A stretch of 64,000 bases of DNA, from positions 23,483 through 87,482 of the forward strand of contig CAWHQD010000031.1 in NCBI GenBank assembly GCA_963831395.1, given 5' to 3'. The notes under the pieces were generated by a model. That model worked only from the letters and a program-made list of their open reading frames with translations. It searched no databases and was not told where the DNA came from. Position numbers and translations under genes: made by a program. The stretch comes from an uncultured beta proteobacterium. GTDB lineage: Bacteria > Pseudomonadota > Gammaproteobacteria > Burkholderiales > Nitrosomonadaceae. Numbering within the stretch: position 1 is the stretch's first letter; each line of letters begins with the position of its first letter. Below are positions 22,087 to 33,848 of this stretch, piece after piece.

Positions 22087-23280
22087 ATGTCTTTAAAAAA
22101 AGATGTAATAGTAATAGGGGCCGGTGCGGCGGGAATGATGTGTGCGATTGAAGCTGGAAAGCGCGGTCGTTCGGTCCTGCTGCTGGATCATGCCAGTAAG
22201 CTGGCGGAAAAAATTCGTATCTCCGGCGGGGGTCGATGCAATTTCACCAATCGTCATACCAGGCCGGAAAATTTCCTTTCACACAATCCGCATTTCTGCC
22301 GCTCGGCGCTGGCGCGTTTCACCCCGCAAGATTTTATCGCGCTGGTGGAGAAGCATCGCATCCCTTATCACGAAAAGAAGTTGGGGCAATTATTTTGCGA
22401 CGGCAGTTCCCAGCAAATCATAGACCTGCTGCGGCGCGAGTGCGATGCGGCCGCCGTGACATGGCAGATGCCGTGTCGAGTAAGCAATGTCAGCCGCGCC
22501 AATGCGGGTAGCGGGCGATTCCTGCTGGAAACCGACCGAGGAACCTTAAGCGCCGAGACATTGGTGATCGCAACCGGTGGCCTTTCCATTCCGCAAATTG
22601 GCGCAAGTTCTTTCGGCTATCGTATCGCAGAGCAGTTCAATCTCTCGGTTACGCCTGTGCAGCCTGCGCTGGTTCCGCTGATCTTCGCCCCCGAGCAACT
22701 GGCGGGTTTTTCCACGCTTTCCGGAATTTCGATTGATGCCGCCGTGAGTTGTGACGGCGGGCGCTTCCGCGAGAATTTGCTAATCACGCACCGTGGTTTG
22801 AGCGGCCCTGCAATATTACAGATATCTTCATACTGGCGACCTGGTATGCCCGTTCATATCGACCTGCTACCAGATATTGACGTGGCCTCGTGGCTACTTG
22901 ATCACAGGCACGGCAGCGCGCGACTGTCCGGTCTGTTAACGCAACATCTGCCGCGGCGCTTTGCAGAGGCTTGGACCCAGGCAATTATTGGCGAACGATC
23001 GGAATTGCCAATGAACTGTTACAGTCACAAGGATTTGGAGCAAATTGCCGCACAGTTGCATGACTGGAAAGTTACCCCAGACGGTACCGCAGGCTATAAA
23101 AAAGCGGAAGTGACGCTGGGCGGGATAGATACCCGCGAGTTGTCATCCAAAACCATGGAAGCGAGAAGAGTGCCGGGGCTTTATTTCATCGGTGAAGTGA
23201 TAGACGTAACAGGACATCTCGGCGGGTTCAATTTCCAGTGGGCCTGGGCGTCCGGTTACGCGGCGGGGCAGTTTGTATAA
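22087..23280 (+). CDS. HI0933/YhiN (BaiN)-family NAD(P)/FAD-dependent oxidoreductase
   Basis: GAGAAG, KIRISGGGRCNFTN, ATGGLS and GGFNFQWAWASG motifs. Confidence 0.92.
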   Translation: MSLKKDVIVIGAGAAGMMCAIEAGKRGRSVLLLDHASKLAEKIRISGGGRCNFTNRHTRPENFLSHNPHFCRSALARFTPQDFIALVEKHRIPYHEKKLGQLFCDGSSQQIIDLLRRECDAAAVTWQMPCRVSNVSRANAGSGRFLLETDRGTLSAETLVIATGGLSIPQIGASSFGYRIAEQFNLSVTPVQPALVPLIFAPEQLAGFSTLSGISIDAAVSCDGGRFRENLLITHRGLSGPAILQISSYWRPGMPVHIDLLPDIDVASWLLDHRHGSARLSGLLTQHLPRRFAEAWTQAIIGERSELPMNCYSHKDLEQIAAQLHDWKVTPDGTAGYKKAEVTLGGIDTRELSSKTMEARRVPGLYFIGEVIDVTGHLGGFNFQWAWASGYAAGQFV

Positions 23281-23433
23281 CCCAGTTCACCAGCGGCATG
23301 CTAATAAGTTTCTTCCTTGCATTGGCCCCCTGGCGCCTCTCGTATTCTGGGAAGAAGGTGGTACCTACTCAGCCGTATATTACCGGATGTCCACCCTCTT
23401 GCTTCCTGGTAGACCAGGATTGAATAGGTTGGT

Positions 23434-24786
23434 TTAACGGCCGCGTCCGCCTGAACGATGCAATGCGGGTGCGCGACCGCCGGCGGGTCCCCCAGCAGAT
23501 ATCCGCGGCCGCATGCGCTTTGGCGCCTGGCTGGTTTCTTTGTTGACCTCGCCGGGTAGTCCGGATAACCCGGGCAGCCCGCTTCGCACAGGACGTTGTC
23601 CCCCACCGCTGCCATTCACAATCGGCTCAGCCCTGATGCGGGGGTCCGGCTCGAAACCAGCGATAACTTTGCTAGGCAAATCCCGTTTGATTAACCTTTC
23701 GATGTCCGTCAGCAGTTTGCGCTCATCCACGCACACTAGCGAGACTGCATCTCCTTCCGCCCCGGCGCGTCCTGTACGTCCGATACGATGAACATAATCC
23801 TCCGGCACGTTGGGCAATTCAAAGTTGACCACGTGCGGTAACTCGCTGATATCGATTCCGCGTGCGGCAATGTCGGTTGCTACCAGTACCTGCAGAGTGC
23901 CGGTCTTGAATTCCGCCAACGCCCGAGTGCGTGCCGACTGACTTTTGTTGCCATGTATGGCGAGCGATGGAATACCACTCGCCACCAGATGCTCAGCCAG
24001 CTTGTTGGCCCCATGCTTGGTGCGGGTAAATACCAGCACCTGCGACCACTGGTGCTGCTTGATAAGATGGGCAAGAAGGTCGCGCTTTCGTTCACGGTCT
24101 ACGGGATGCACCACATGCGTTATATTGTCAGCGGTTGCGTTGCGGCGCGCCACTTCGATCAGCGCCGGCTGGTTGAGCAGACTTCCGGCCAGCGCCCGGA
24201 TCTCATCGGAAAAGGTGGCGGAGAACAGCAGATTCTGGCGCTGCCTGGGCAACAGTACGAGTATCTTTTTTATATCGCGAATGAAACCCATGTCGAGCAT
24301 GCGATCGGCCTCGTCCAGCACAAGAATTTCAACATGCGATAAATCGAGCGTTTTTTGCTGCACATGATCCAGCAGGCGTCCCGGAGTGGCGACCAGAATG
24401 TCAACGCGGCTTTTCAGACGATTGATCTGGGGATTGATGTTGACCCCGCCTATCATCATCATCGAACTCAGCTTCAAGTATTTTCCATATACACGAATAC
24501 TTTCCTCCACCTGTGCCGCCAGTTCGCGCGTCGGGACAAGAATCAATGCACGTATCGGTGGTCGGCCGCTGGATGGGCCTTTAACGCTCTTATCGGACAA
24601 GCGGTGAAGAATAGGCAAGGTAAACCCGGCAGTCTTGCCAGTGCCGGTTTGAGCTCCGGCCATCAAGTCGCCCCCAGTCAGCACAGCGGGAATCGCTTGC
24701 AGCTGTATGGGAGTTGGATCGGTGTAGCCGCATTCGGTCACGGCACGAATGATTTCATCGGACAGGCCGAAGATAGAGAAAGACAT
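23434..24786 (-). CDS. rhlE: DEAD-box RNA helicase RhlE
   Basis: Q motif, [29 protein letters not shown]; MSF start. Confidence 0.9.
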   Translation of the reverse strand: MSFSIFGLSDEIIRAVTECGYTDPTPIQLQAIPAVLTGGDLMAGAQTGTGKTAGFTLPILHRLSDKSVKGPSSGRPPIRALILVPTRELAAQVEESIRVYGKYLKLSSMMMIGGVNINPQINRLKSRVDILVATPGRLLDHVQQKTLDLSHVEILVLDEADRMLDMGFIRDIKKILVLLPRQRQNLLFSATFSDEIRALAGSLLNQPALIEVARRNATADNITHVVHPVDRERKRDLLAHLIKQHQWSQVLVFTRTKHGANKLAEHLVASGIPSLAIHGNKSQSARTRALAEFKTGTLQVLVATDIAARGIDISELPHVVNFELPNVPEDYVHRIGRTGRAGAEGDAVSLVCVDERKLLTDIERLIKRDLPSKVIAGFEPDPRIRAEPIVNGSGGGQRPVRSGLPGLSGLPGEVNKETSQAPKRMRPRISAGGPAGGRAPALHRSGGRGR

Positions 24787-24800
24787 AGAACTCCAAGGTA

Positions 24801-24850
24801 ACATCGGCCTGTCGTCCCGGTTACGAGACGCCAGTCTTAGGCAGACGGAT
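24801..24850 (-). promoter_or_regulatory. Structured 5' leader of rhlE
   Basis: Minus-strand GCCU-AAGA-CUGG-CGUCUCG-UAAC-CGGGACG-ACAGGC forms a nested stem-loop just upstream of the RBS. Confidence 0.5.
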
Positions 24851-25044
24851 AAAGTTTGAAAAACAGAAAGGACGGCGTGAAGACGTGGAACGAACGCCGC
24901 AGTCACGATTGTAACAGATTGCATCCGGCCGCGCCATTTGGCCGAGATGTGTTTATCTACACTAAGCAGGAATCAGGAATCAATGAATCAATTCCGCAGG
25001 GCTTGCCACGCCGCTTCAGGGAATAATTTGTTTCAGCGCTTGCT

Positions 25045-26376
25045 TTAGAGTACGTAGCGTGCCAGATCCTCGCTTTGGGACAAGCTGTTGAGCCGCGCGT
25101 CCACATAAGCGGCATCAATGACAACGGTATTGCCGGTATGTTTTTCGGCATCGAAGGAAACCTCTTCCAGAAGCTTCTCCATTGCCGTATAAAGACGCCT
25201 CGCGCCGATGTTCTCGGTTTTTTCGTTGACCGCAAAGGCAATCTCCGCCAGGCGCTTCACCGCATCAGGCGTGAATTCAAGCTTGATCCCTTCCGTTTCC
25301 AGGAGCGCCTCATATTGCCGTGTCAGACAGGCGTCCGTATTGGTGAGGATTTGTACAAAATCGTCAGCGCTAAGGCTCGCGAGTTCGACACGAATGGGAA
25401 AGCGTCCCTGCAATTCGGGAATCAGATCGGAAGGCTTGGCGAGATGAAATGCGCCACTTGCGATAAACAGGATATGGTCTGTCTTTATCATGCCGTACTT
25501 GGTGGAAACCGTAGTGCCTTCCACTAATGGAAGCAGGTCTCGCTGGACCCCCTGGCGCGATACGTCTGCCCCAGCGCTTTCGGAGCGGCTCGTAATTTTA
25601 TCGATTTCATCCAGGAACACGATGCCGTTCTGCTCGACATTCTGTACCGCGTCGAGCTTAAGTTCTTCATCGTTGACGAGCTTGGATGCCTCCTCATCGA
25701 CAATGAGTTTCATCGCCTCGCGAATTCTCAGCTTACGGGTTTTCTTTCTTTCTCCTCCCAGGTTCTGGAACATCCCTTGAATTTGAGTGGTAAGTTCCTC
25801 CATCCCCGGCGGCGCAAATATTTCCATATGTGTATGCGCCGCAGCCACTTCTATTTCTATTTCCTTGTCGTTCAGTTCCCCTTCGCGCAATTTCTTGCGA
25901 AATTTCTGCCGGGTCGCGTTTTCCCCCTCACTGGCTTCCGCTTGTAAACCCATCTCTCTTGCAGGCGGCAGCAGCACATCAAGAATGCGCTCTTCGGCGT
26001 GATCTTCCGCGCGAGCCCGCATTTTATGCGTTTCCCGCTCTCGGGATTGTTTAACAGCGGATTCCGCCAGGTCTCGAATGATCGAGTCCACGTCACGCCC
26101 GACATAACCCACCTCGGTGAATTTGGTCGCCTCCACCTTGATGAAGGGCGCATCGGCAAGTTTGGCCAGCCGCCGCGCGATTTCAGTCTTGCCAACCCCG
26201 GTGGGACCGATCATTAAAATATTTTTTGGCGTAATCTCCTGCCGCAGCGGATCCTTTACCTGCTGTCTGCGCCACCGGTTCCTGAGTGCTATGGCCACGG
26301 ATCGCTTGGCGGCGTCCTGTCCGATGATGTGCTTATCCAGCTCGTGGACGATTTCCTGTGGAGTCAGTTGAGACAT
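25045..26376 (-). CDS. hslU: ATP-dependent protease ATPase subunit HslU
   Basis: [37 protein letters not shown]. Confidence 0.98.
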   Translation of the reverse strand: MSQLTPQEIVHELDKHIIGQDAAKRSVAIALRNRWRRQQVKDPLRQEITPKNILMIGPTGVGKTEIARRLAKLADAPFIKVEATKFTEVGYVGRDVDSIIRDLAESAVKQSRERETHKMRARAEDHAEERILDVLLPPAREMGLQAEASEGENATRQKFRKKLREGELNDKEIEIEVAAAHTHMEIFAPPGMEELTTQIQGMFQNLGGERKKTRKLRIREAMKLIVDEEASKLVNDEELKLDAVQNVEQNGIVFLDEIDKITSRSESAGADVSRQGVQRDLLPLVEGTTVSTKYGMIKTDHILFIASGAFHLAKPSDLIPELQGRFPIRVELASLSADDFVQILTNTDACLTRQYEALLETEGIKLEFTPDAVKRLAEIAFAVNEKTENIGARRLYTAMEKLLEEVSFDAEKHTGNTVVIDAAYVDARLNSLSQSEDLARYVL

Positions 26377-26519
26377 GGTTTCAGGTCAATGATAAATGCG
26401 AGAGGTGAGAAATAAGAGATATGCGGCAGTGCGCATTTTGCCTGTGGTACTTATCCGTCGAGAGGTGTTAAGCCTTTCCCCTTGTATTCCACCTCATATA
26501 TCTCACCACATTTCCCACG

Positions 26520-27056
26520 TTACTCGAGCACCTCGATTACGTGGTTCTGATTGGTATAGATACACAGGTCGCCCGCGATGGAAAGCGACTTCTTGACGAT
26601 TTCCAGCGGCATCATATCGGTATTCTCCAGAAGTGCGCGGGCGGCAGAGTGAGCATAAGAGCCTCCACTTCCAATCGCAGCAATCCCGAATTCGGGCTCA
26701 ATCACATCACCTGAACCTGTAATGATGAGAGTGGTGGTCGGATCGGCTACGACCAGCATGGCTTCCAATCGCCGCAAGATGCGGTCAGTGCGCCAGTCCT
26801 TGGCGAGTTCCACTGCCGAACGCATGAGATGCCCCTGATGTCTTTCAAGCTTGCCTTCAAAACGCTCGAACAAGGTAAAGGCATCCGCTGTTCCGCCTGC
26901 AAATCCGGCGAGTATCTTATCATGGTAAAGCCTGCGCACCTTGCGGGCGCTAGCTTTGGCTACAACAGCGCCCAAGGTTACCTGACCATCGCCGCCGAGC
27001 GCGACTTGACCCCCGCGTCTTGCCGAAAGTATGGTTGTACCGTGATGTTCTACCAT
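26520..27056 (-). CDS. hslV: ATP-dependent protease subunit HslV
   Basis: GTTI N-terminal Thr, GDGQVT, IGSGG, CIYTN. Confidence 0.97.
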   Translation of the reverse strand: MVEHHGTTILSARRGGQVALGGDGQVTLGAVVAKASARKVRRLYHDKILAGFAGGTADAFTLFERFEGKLERHQGHLMRSAVELAKDWRTDRILRRLEAMLVVADPTTTLIITGSGDVIEPEFGIAAIGSGGSYAHSAARALLENTDMMPLEIVKKSLSIAGDLCIYTNQNHVIEVLE

Positions 27057-27134
27057 GGTTAGCGCGAGATGATTGGGAGCGGGAATTATAACGCTGATTC
27101 GCAGAGGAAATGCAAACTGTATGTCTACGCAGAC

Positions 27135-28064
27135 TCAACTCTTTACTTTCTTCCTTGCTCGCGGATGGGCCGCATCGTAGACCTTGGACAAATGTTGAAA
27201 ATCGAGATGGGTATAAACCTGCGTCGTGCTGATGCTGGCATGCCCCAGCATCTCCTGCACTGCCCGCAAATCCCCGCTGGACTGCAGCAGGTGCGACGCA
27301 AACGAATGCCGCAGCATGTGGGGATGGATGTTGGCGCTTATTCCCTGGCGCGCCGCCACGATTTTAAGCCGCTGACCGATAGACCTGCGACTGATATTTT
27401 TGCCGTATCGGGACAGGAACAATGCGGACTCGCCGGCCTTGGCGAGCGTCTCACGCTGCTTCATCCATTCGCGCAAAACCAGCGCCGCCTTGCTGCCTAT
27501 CGGCACGATGCGGGTTTTGCCGCCTTTGCCGGTAACCCGCGCCATGCCGTCAGGCAAGCTCAAATCCTCGGGTTTCAGGTCCACGAGCTCTGCCAGCCGC
27601 AAGCCGGACGAATAGCACAGCTCGAACATGGCTTTGTCGCGTAATGCCATCAAGTCATCGGTTGAGAACTCCAGCAACTTTGCAGCCTCGTCGGGTGAAA
27701 GCGTATGCGGCAAGGTCTTTGGCGACTTTGGCGCGCGTATTCCTGCGCAGGGATTGCAAACATAGCCGTGATCCCGCGTCAGGTAGGTGTAAAAGCCGCG
27801 CCAGGCCGACAACATTCTGGCCAGGCTTCTGCCTGAAAAACCGCTCGCATGAAGTTGGGCGGCAAAACGGCGAATATGATGAGTTTGCAACTGATCGAGC
27901 GACGTCCCAGTTTCCGCTTCCTTCTTTGCTTCTTCTACGAGTTTTAGCAGGACACCAATATCGCGCGCATAGCTTTCGCAAGTAAGCGGTGACAAACGCC
28001 GTTCTTTGGCAAGATGGAAAAGATAGGCAGAGGCAAGTTCGGGATGACTGGTACTAGATGTCAT
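27135..28064 (-). CDS. xerC: Tyrosine recombinase XerC
   Basis: SSGLR, GKGGKTR, HPHMLRHSFASH, LGH...TTQVYTH; dapF-DUF484-xerC context. Confidence 0.95.
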   Translation of the reverse strand: MTSSTSHPELASAYLFHLAKERRLSPLTCESYARDIGVLLKLVEEAKKEAETGTSLDQLQTHHIRRFAAQLHASGFSGRSLARMLSAWRGFYTYLTRDHGYVCNPCAGIRAPKSPKTLPHTLSPDEAAKLLEFSTDDLMALRDKAMFELCYSSGLRLAELVDLKPEDLSLPDGMARVTGKGGKTRIVPIGSKAALVLREWMKQRETLAKAGESALFLSRYGKNISRRSIGQRLKIVAARQGISANIHPHMLRHSFASHLLQSSGDLRAVQEMLGHASISTTQVYTHLDFQHLSKVYDAAHPRARKKVKS

Positions 28065-28071
28065 GTGGCGT

Positions 28072-28747
28072 CTATTTGGCCGCTTCCGTGAAACGTCGTA
28101 AGGCGGCGCTTACAAGTTCACCAAGCTGCGTCAGGTAGATTATTCCCATTTCCGGATAAAACCGCTGCAGGATCTTCGCTGCCCATTACCAGCAGACCCA
28201 TGGTTTGCTCAGCTCGCAGCGCCACAATCGCAAAAGAGCGCAGACGGATAGCGTCCTCCCCGAACCAGCCTCTAATCTCGTCCAATACATGGGAACCGCA
28301 ATAAGGATGCAGCAGACTGTCGGCCAGGATGTGAATATCAGTACTGACTGGAGTGAACTCCGGCAATTCCATGTCTTCGACACTTATATCCCACAACCTC
28401 AGCGCCAGATGAGGCACCGAAAAATCCTCGCGCAAATGAAAATTCAGCCCATGCATGAAATCTGTCAAACGATTGCAAGCCAGTAGCGCGACAGACAGCC
28501 GGTGCATTTTTTCGGTAATGGCGCCGTTCTCTTCGCCAAATCTGATCAGTTCGCCCAATTTGTCCTGCAAGACGCGATTCTTATCCCGCAGCGCGACGAT
28601 TTGACGCTCGCTGATCGGAATGGCGCGACCGCCGTGAGGATGAGGGACCTGGATCCCGGTGAGCATCTCGGCATATTCCTCGAAGAACTCCGGATGCTCG
28701 CGCAGATATTGGGCTACGTCTTCCGAACTGAATTTCATATTTTCCAT
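28072..28747 (-). CDS. DUF484 (YigA-like) protein (frameshift ~28168)
   Basis: YLREHPEFF, ISERQ; removing one base restores DPQRFYPEMGIIYL...AK* ending at 28072. Confidence 0.85.
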
Positions 28748-28755
28748 GTTTGAGA

Positions 28756-29583
28756 CTATAAGTTGATCTCTCCATCAAACACCGCGACTGCGGGGCCAGT
28801 CATCCAGACCGGCTGATTTTCGCCTTCCCAGCGTATAAATAAATCGCCGCTTCCAAAGCTGACCTTCACCGGTGATTCCAGCAATCCTCGCTGGATCCCC
28901 GCTACTACCGCCGCGCACGCGCCGGTACCGCAGGCAAGCGTTTCGCCGGCGCCGCGCTCATATACCCGCAGCCGGATATGATGACGGTCTACAACCTGCA
29001 TATAACCTGCATTCACCCGTTGAGGAAAACGCGCGTGATGTTCGATCAGCGGGCCTTCGGTCAATACCGGAGCATGATCTATATCCGGTACCCATTGCAC
29101 CGCGTGAGGGTTGCCCATGGATACAGCGCTGATTTCCACCTGTTTGCCGCCGATATCGAGTGAATATGTCAGCGCGCGCCGGTCAGCGATAAACGGAATC
29201 TCGCGGGGTTCAAATTTCGGTATGCCCATATTGACGGTAACGTCCCCATTGGCTTCCAGTCTGGGCATAATAATGCCGCTCAGCGTTTCGACCTGTATTT
29301 CATTCTTGCCTGTCATTCCGCGGTCATGTACATAGCGAACGAAGCAGCGCGCTCCGTTGCCACACTGCTCCACTTCGCCTCCATCGGCATTAAATATGCG
29401 ATAGCGAAAATCAGCGCTGCCTTCTGCTGTTTCTACCAGCAGGATCTGATCACAGCCGATGCCCCGGTGTCGGTCGGCAAGGTGGCGCAATTGTTCCGGA
29501 CTGAGGGAAACAGATTGATTTATACCGTCAATAACAACGAAGTCATTTCCCAGACCATGCATTTTAGTGAACTTGAGCTTCAT
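28756..29583 (-). CDS. dapF: Diaminopimelate epimerase
   Basis: [39 protein letters not shown]. Confidence 0.97.
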   Translation of the reverse strand: MKLKFTKMHGLGNDFVVIDGINQSVSLSPEQLRHLADRHRGIGCDQILLVETAEGSADFRYRIFNADGGEVEQCGNGARCFVRYVHDRGMTGKNEIQVETLSGIIMPRLEANGDVTVNMGIPKFEPREIPFIADRRALTYSLDIGGKQVEISAVSMGNPHAVQWVPDIDHAPVLTEGPLIEHHARFPQRVNAGYMQVVDRHHIRLRVYERGAGETLACGTGACAAVVAGIQRGLLESPVKVSFGSGDLFIRWEGENQPVWMTGPAVAVFDGEINL

Positions 29584-29716
29584 CAATGACGGGCAAATGG
29601 AGGCAGCAGGAGGAAATACAAAGACCGGTGCAGGTATTACATTGCTATTCATCTTCTTAATACACACATAATTTGGTATTCTACAGACCTTTTACGACAA
29701 AAACGGCTGGGACAAC

Positions 29717-30919
29717 ATGAGCGAATATCTTTTTACTTCCGAATCCGTGTCCGAGGGTCATCCCGACAAGGTGGCTGATCAGATTTCCGATTCAATCCTG
29801 GATGCCATCCTGGCCCAGGACCCCAACGCACGGGTTGCCTGCGAGACGCTGTGCAGTACCGGCCTGATTGTAATGTCGGGCGAAATCACCACCGAAGCCA
29901 ACGTGGACTATATGCAGGTGGCGCGCGCAGCGGTCAAGCGTATCGGGTACAACAGTTCCGATATCGGCTTTGATCATCATACCTGCGCGGTGCTAACCGC
30001 TTTCAACAAACAGTCTCCCGATATCGCCCAGGGAGTCAACCGTACCAAAGAAGAGGAAATGGAACAGGGTGCAGGCGATCAGGGACTCATGTTCGGCTAT
30101 GCCTGCGACGAGACGCCGCAATTGATGCCCATGCCGATCTTCTATGCCCATCGTCTCATGGAGCGGCAAGCGGAACTGAGAAAAGATGGACGTTTGCCGT
30201 GGTTGCGCCCCGATGCAAAGTCGCAGGTATCGGTGCGCTATCAGAATGGCAAGCCGCAACGGATTGAAACCGTCGTGATATCCACCCAGCATCATCCGGA
30301 CATTTCTCATGCGCAACTGAGCGAAGCGATAATCGAAGAAGTCATCAAGCCGGTGCTCCCGAAAAAGATGCTGAATGGCGATACCCGCTTCCTCATCAAT
30401 CCCACCGGACGCTTCGTAGTGGGAGGGCCAATGGGCGACTGCGGCCTGACTGGCCGCAAGATCATCGTGGACAGCTACGGCGGTACAGCGCATCACGGTG
30501 GCGGCGCTTTTTCCGGGAAAGATCCATCCAAGGTGGATCGTTCCGCGGCCTATGCGGGGCGTTATGTAGCCAAGAACATCGTTGCCGCTGGTATTGCGAG
30601 CAGATGTGAAGTCCAGATGGCCTATGCTATCGGCGTGGCGCGCCCCGTTTCATTGATGGTGGATACCTTCGGCACGGGGAAGATTTCCGACGAGGAAATC
30701 GTCAAATTGATCGAGCGTCATTTCGACCTGCGCCCGCGCGGCATTATTCACAGCCTCGACCTCCTGCGTCCGATCTATGAAAAGACCGCCGCATATGGCC
30801 ATTTTGGACGGGATGAGCCGGAATTCACGTGGGAAGCAACCGATAAAGCCTCGCAACTGAGCGCGGACGCGGGAATCGAAATCGCGATGGAAGCGCAGGC
30901 AATGAGTCTTCAGGCTTAA
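29717..30919 (+). CDS. metK: S-adenosylmethionine synthetase
   Basis: [32 protein letters not shown]. Confidence 0.98.
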   Translation: MSEYLFTSESVSEGHPDKVADQISDSILDAILAQDPNARVACETLCSTGLIVMSGEITTEANVDYMQVARAAVKRIGYNSSDIGFDHHTCAVLTAFNKQSPDIAQGVNRTKEEEMEQGAGDQGLMFGYACDETPQLMPMPIFYAHRLMERQAELRKDGRLPWLRPDAKSQVSVRYQNGKPQRIETVVISTQHHPDISHAQLSEAIIEEVIKPVLPKKMLNGDTRFLINPTGRFVVGGPMGDCGLTGRKIIVDSYGGTAHHGGGAFSGKDPSKVDRSAAYAGRYVAKNIVAAGIASRCEVQMAYAIGVARPVSLMVDTFGTGKISDEEIVKLIERHFDLRPRGIIHSLDLLRPIYEKTAAYGHFGRDEPEFTWEATDKASQLSADAGIEIAMEAQAMSLQA

Positions 30920-30950
30920 ATTTTTTCAAGTCAGCTTCAACCTCTTCCAG

Positions 30951-31022
30951 GCCGAGGAGCGCTGCAACGGGCATAGTCCCGCGAGGCTCGGCAGGGAAGG
31001 ATCGCAACAACGGCGCTCGTTC
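30951..31022 (+). ncRNA. SAH riboswitch
   Basis: GCCGAGGAGCGCTGCAAC...AGGCTCGGC...AACGGCGCTC matches the SAH riboswitch consensus (P1 plus pseudoknot GAGCG/CGCTC), directly upstream of ahcY. Confidence 0.9.
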
Positions 31023-31041
31023 ATTTTCAGGAGATTACTTC

Positions 31042-32508
31042 ATGAACGCTGTGCTCAGTCCCGCCTCCGCATCCGCCTCTGTGCGTGCGGATAATAAATT
31101 TACCGATTATAAAGTAGCCGATATGTCCCTGGCGGAATGGGGACGCAAGGAAATCGCCATCGCCGAAACCGAGATGCCCGGTTTGATGGCGCTGCGTGAA
31201 GAATACGCTGATACCAAGCCCCTGGCTGGTGCGCGTATTGCCGGTTCGCTTCACATGACCATTCAGACGGCGGTGTTGATCGAGACTCTGATCAAACTGG
31301 GCGCGCAGGTGCGCTGGGCTTCGTGCAATATTTTTTCCACGCAAGACCATGCCGCGGCAGCCATCGCAGCGGAGGGAATTCCAGTATTCGCTTATAAGGG
31401 CGAGTCATTGGATGATTACTGGGAATATACCCACCGTATTTTCGAATGGTCCGGTGGACGACGGATGGACGCGGCCAGCACACCCAACATGATTCTGGAT
31501 GACGGCGGCGACGCGACCTTGCTCATTATTCTCGGCAGCCGCGCGGAAGAAGACCCCTCGGTTATCGCCAATCCCACCAATGAGGAAGAACAGGCCTTGT
31601 TTGCGGCCATCCGGAAACGGCTGAGCACCAGCCCTGGCTGGTATTCCGCCAGACGCGCCAATATTCGCGGCGTGACGGAGGAAACCACCACCGGCGTCCA
31701 CCGCCTGTACGAAATGCAAAAGAAAAATGAGCTGCCGTTCCCGGCGTTCAACGTCAACGACTCGGTTACCAAGTCCAAGTTCGACAACCTTTATGGTTGC
31801 CGTGAGTCTCTGGTCGATGGCATCAAACGCGCCACTGACGTCATGATTGCCGGCAAAATAGCGCTCGTGTGCGGTTATGGCGACGTGGGCAAGGGTTGCG
31901 CCCAATCCTTGCGTGGTCTGGGCGCAACCGTATGGATTACCGAGATAGACCCGATTTGCGCTCTACAGGCCGCAATGGAAGGCTATCGTGTGGTCACGAT
32001 GGACGAAGTCTGCGATCAGGCGGACATTTTTGTTACGGCCACCGGCAATCTGCGCGTCATCACCCATGACCACATGCTGAGAATGAAGGACCAGGCTATC
32101 GTCTGCAATATCGGTCACTTCGATTCCGAAATAGATATTGCATCCGTCCAGAAATATCAATGGGAAAATATCAAGCCGCAGGTGGATCACGTCATTTTTC
32201 CAACCGGCCGCCGCATTATCGTGCTCGCGCAGGGTCGCTTGGTGAATCTGGGTTGCGCCACCGGCCATCCTTCTTTTGTCATGTCCAGTTCGTTTACCAA
32301 CCAGGTGCTGGCACAAATGGAGCTGTGGCAAAATGGCGCAAGCTACCAGAAGAATGTTTATGTGCTGCCCAAGCACCTGGACGAAAAAGTGGCGCGATTA
32401 CACATCAAAAAGCTGGGCGTAAAACTCACGGAATTGACCGAGGAGCAGGCAAGCTACCTGAACCTGGACAAGAACGGACCATACAAGCCTGCAATGTACC
32501 GGTATTGA
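31042..32508 (+). CDS. ahcY: Adenosylhomocysteinase
   Basis: [38 protein letters not shown]. Confidence 0.98.
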   Translation: MNAVLSPASASASVRADNKFTDYKVADMSLAEWGRKEIAIAETEMPGLMALREEYADTKPLAGARIAGSLHMTIQTAVLIETLIKLGAQVRWASCNIFSTQDHAAAAIAAEGIPVFAYKGESLDDYWEYTHRIFEWSGGRRMDAASTPNMILDDGGDATLLIILGSRAEEDPSVIANPTNEEEQALFAAIRKRLSTSPGWYSARRANIRGVTEETTTGVHRLYEMQKKNELPFPAFNVNDSVTKSKFDNLYGCRESLVDGIKRATDVMIAGKIALVCGYGDVGKGCAQSLRGLGATVWITEIDPICALQAAMEGYRVVTMDEVCDQADIFVTATGNLRVITHDHMLRMKDQAIVCNIGHFDSEIDIASVQKYQWENIKPQVDHVIFPTGRRIIVLAQGRLVNLGCATGHPSFVMSSSFTNQVLAQMELWQNGASYQKNVYVLPKHLDEKVARLHIKKLGVKLTELTEEQASYLNLDKNGPYKPAMYRY

Positions 32509-32524
32509 TTTTTTACTTCCAGCA

Positions 32525-32567
32525 ACCGGAGCAGATAAAGCGGTTTTAAACCTTTATCTGCTCCGGT
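32525..32567. repeat. 16-bp perfect inverted repeat after ahcY (terminator or mRNA-stabilising hairpin)
   Basis: ACCGGAGCAGATAAAG-N11-CTTTATCTGCTCCGGT. Confidence 0.75.
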
Positions 32568-32794
32568 CCCTGCGTGGCCCAAAAATAGTCATAGCTCACA
32601 CGAGTAACGATATCGGGCAACGGGACGAAGTCCAATTTTTACCGCCGGCGTTCTCGCCTGCTGAAAGCCGTCTTGCGATACATTTGCACACAGACTTTCT
32701 GAAAGCCCGCTATTCAGTTGGCGCAGGATGTGCAAATGTAACTCGCAGACCGCTTCGCCATCCCGCGACCCGGTGAACTATCCACGGTAACAAA

Positions 32795-33640
32795 ATGGAA
32801 TCACAAAAAAAGTTTGCCCCCACTTTCAGCTTCGAGTTTTTCCCCCCACAAACGCCGGAAGGAGTCGAGAAGCTGCGCGCAACTCGTAGGCAGCTGGCGC
32901 AACTCAATCCAAAATTCTTTTCCGTCACCTTTGGCGCGGGCGGATCCACCCGTGACCGTACTCTCGAGACGGTACTGGAAATTCAGGCAGAGGGATATGT
33001 GGCCGCACCCCATCTTTCCTGTATTGGCGCAACCAGCGAAAACATACGCACGATGTTGCAAAAATACCGCGATGGAGGTATCCGCCATGTGATTGCGCTG
33101 CGAGGAGACCTGCCCTCGGGCATGGCGCAGGGCGGGGAATTTCGCTACGCCAATGAACTGGTAGCTTTCATCCGCAAGGAATTCGACGATGCGTTCCATA
33201 TCGATGTCGCGTCATACCCTGAATACCATCCACAGGCCAATTCCGTGCAGGATGATTTGCTGAACTTCAAGCGCAAGGTAGAGGCGGGGGCGGATTCCGT
33301 CATCACCCAGTATTTCTACAATGCCGATGCCTACTTCAGTTTCATCGATGCATGCGAAGCGATGGGTATCAGAATTCCTATCGTACCCGGCGTCATGCCG
33401 ATCAATAAATTTTCCCAGCTCGCCAGGTTCTCGGACACCTGCGGCGCCGAAATACCTCGCTGGATCAGAAAAAAACTGGAAAGTTATGGAGACGACAGCG
33501 CATCAATACGCGCATTCGGCCTGGATATCGTAACTGATTTGTGCGACCGGCTGCTGAGCGCCGGCGCGCCGGGACTACACTTCTATACGTTGAACTCGGC
33601 TGGACTGACAACTACGATCTGGCAACGGCTGGGATTGTAA
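32795..33640 (+). CDS. metF: 5,10-methylenetetrahydrofolate reductase
   Basis: SFEFFPP, SVTFGAGG, ALRGD, ITQYF, GLHFYTLN. Confidence 0.97.
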   Translation: MESQKKFAPTFSFEFFPPQTPEGVEKLRATRRQLAQLNPKFFSVTFGAGGSTRDRTLETVLEIQAEGYVAAPHLSCIGATSENIRTMLQKYRDGGIRHVIALRGDLPSGMAQGGEFRYANELVAFIRKEFDDAFHIDVASYPEYHPQANSVQDDLLNFKRKVEAGADSVITQYFYNADAYFSFIDACEAMGIRIPIVPGVMPINKFSQLARFSDTCGAEIPRWIRKKLESYGDDSASIRAFGLDIVTDLCDRLLSAGAPGLHFYTLNSAGLTTTIWQRLGL

Positions 33641-33686
33641 GGCTTGGTGGATAACGTGCCGGTTATAGCGCTGGAGTTGTAGGAGA

Positions 33687-33720
33687 GTAGCAGGGTGTAA
33701 TAAGCAAAGCGCATTACACA
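33687..33720. repeat. GTAG-type REP-like imperfect palindrome
   Basis: GTAG..GGTGTAAT-aagcaaagc-gc-ATTACAC in an intergenic region; single copy in the window. Confidence 0.4.
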
Positions 33721-33795
33721 TATAAATCACTCGCTCGTGGCTTTGCCTCCGCCTTTGACTATCCCTGTCCCCTCACAAACCCTCATCGCCACCGG

Positions 33796-33825
33796 CAAAC
33801 CTCCGCTGTAAAGAGCGGAGGTTTG
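33796..33825. terminator. Hairpin terminator between convergent metF and aminotransferase
   Basis: CAAACCTCCGCT-gtaaag-AGCGGAGGTTTG. Confidence 0.7.
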
Positions 33826-33848
33826 TTCCAGAGACTCCCTAAATGGAA

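Noticed and set aside
27135-28064. Tyrosine recombinase as a possible island integrase
   Set aside because: Sequence and dapF-DUF484-xerC-hslVU context identify housekeeping XerC.
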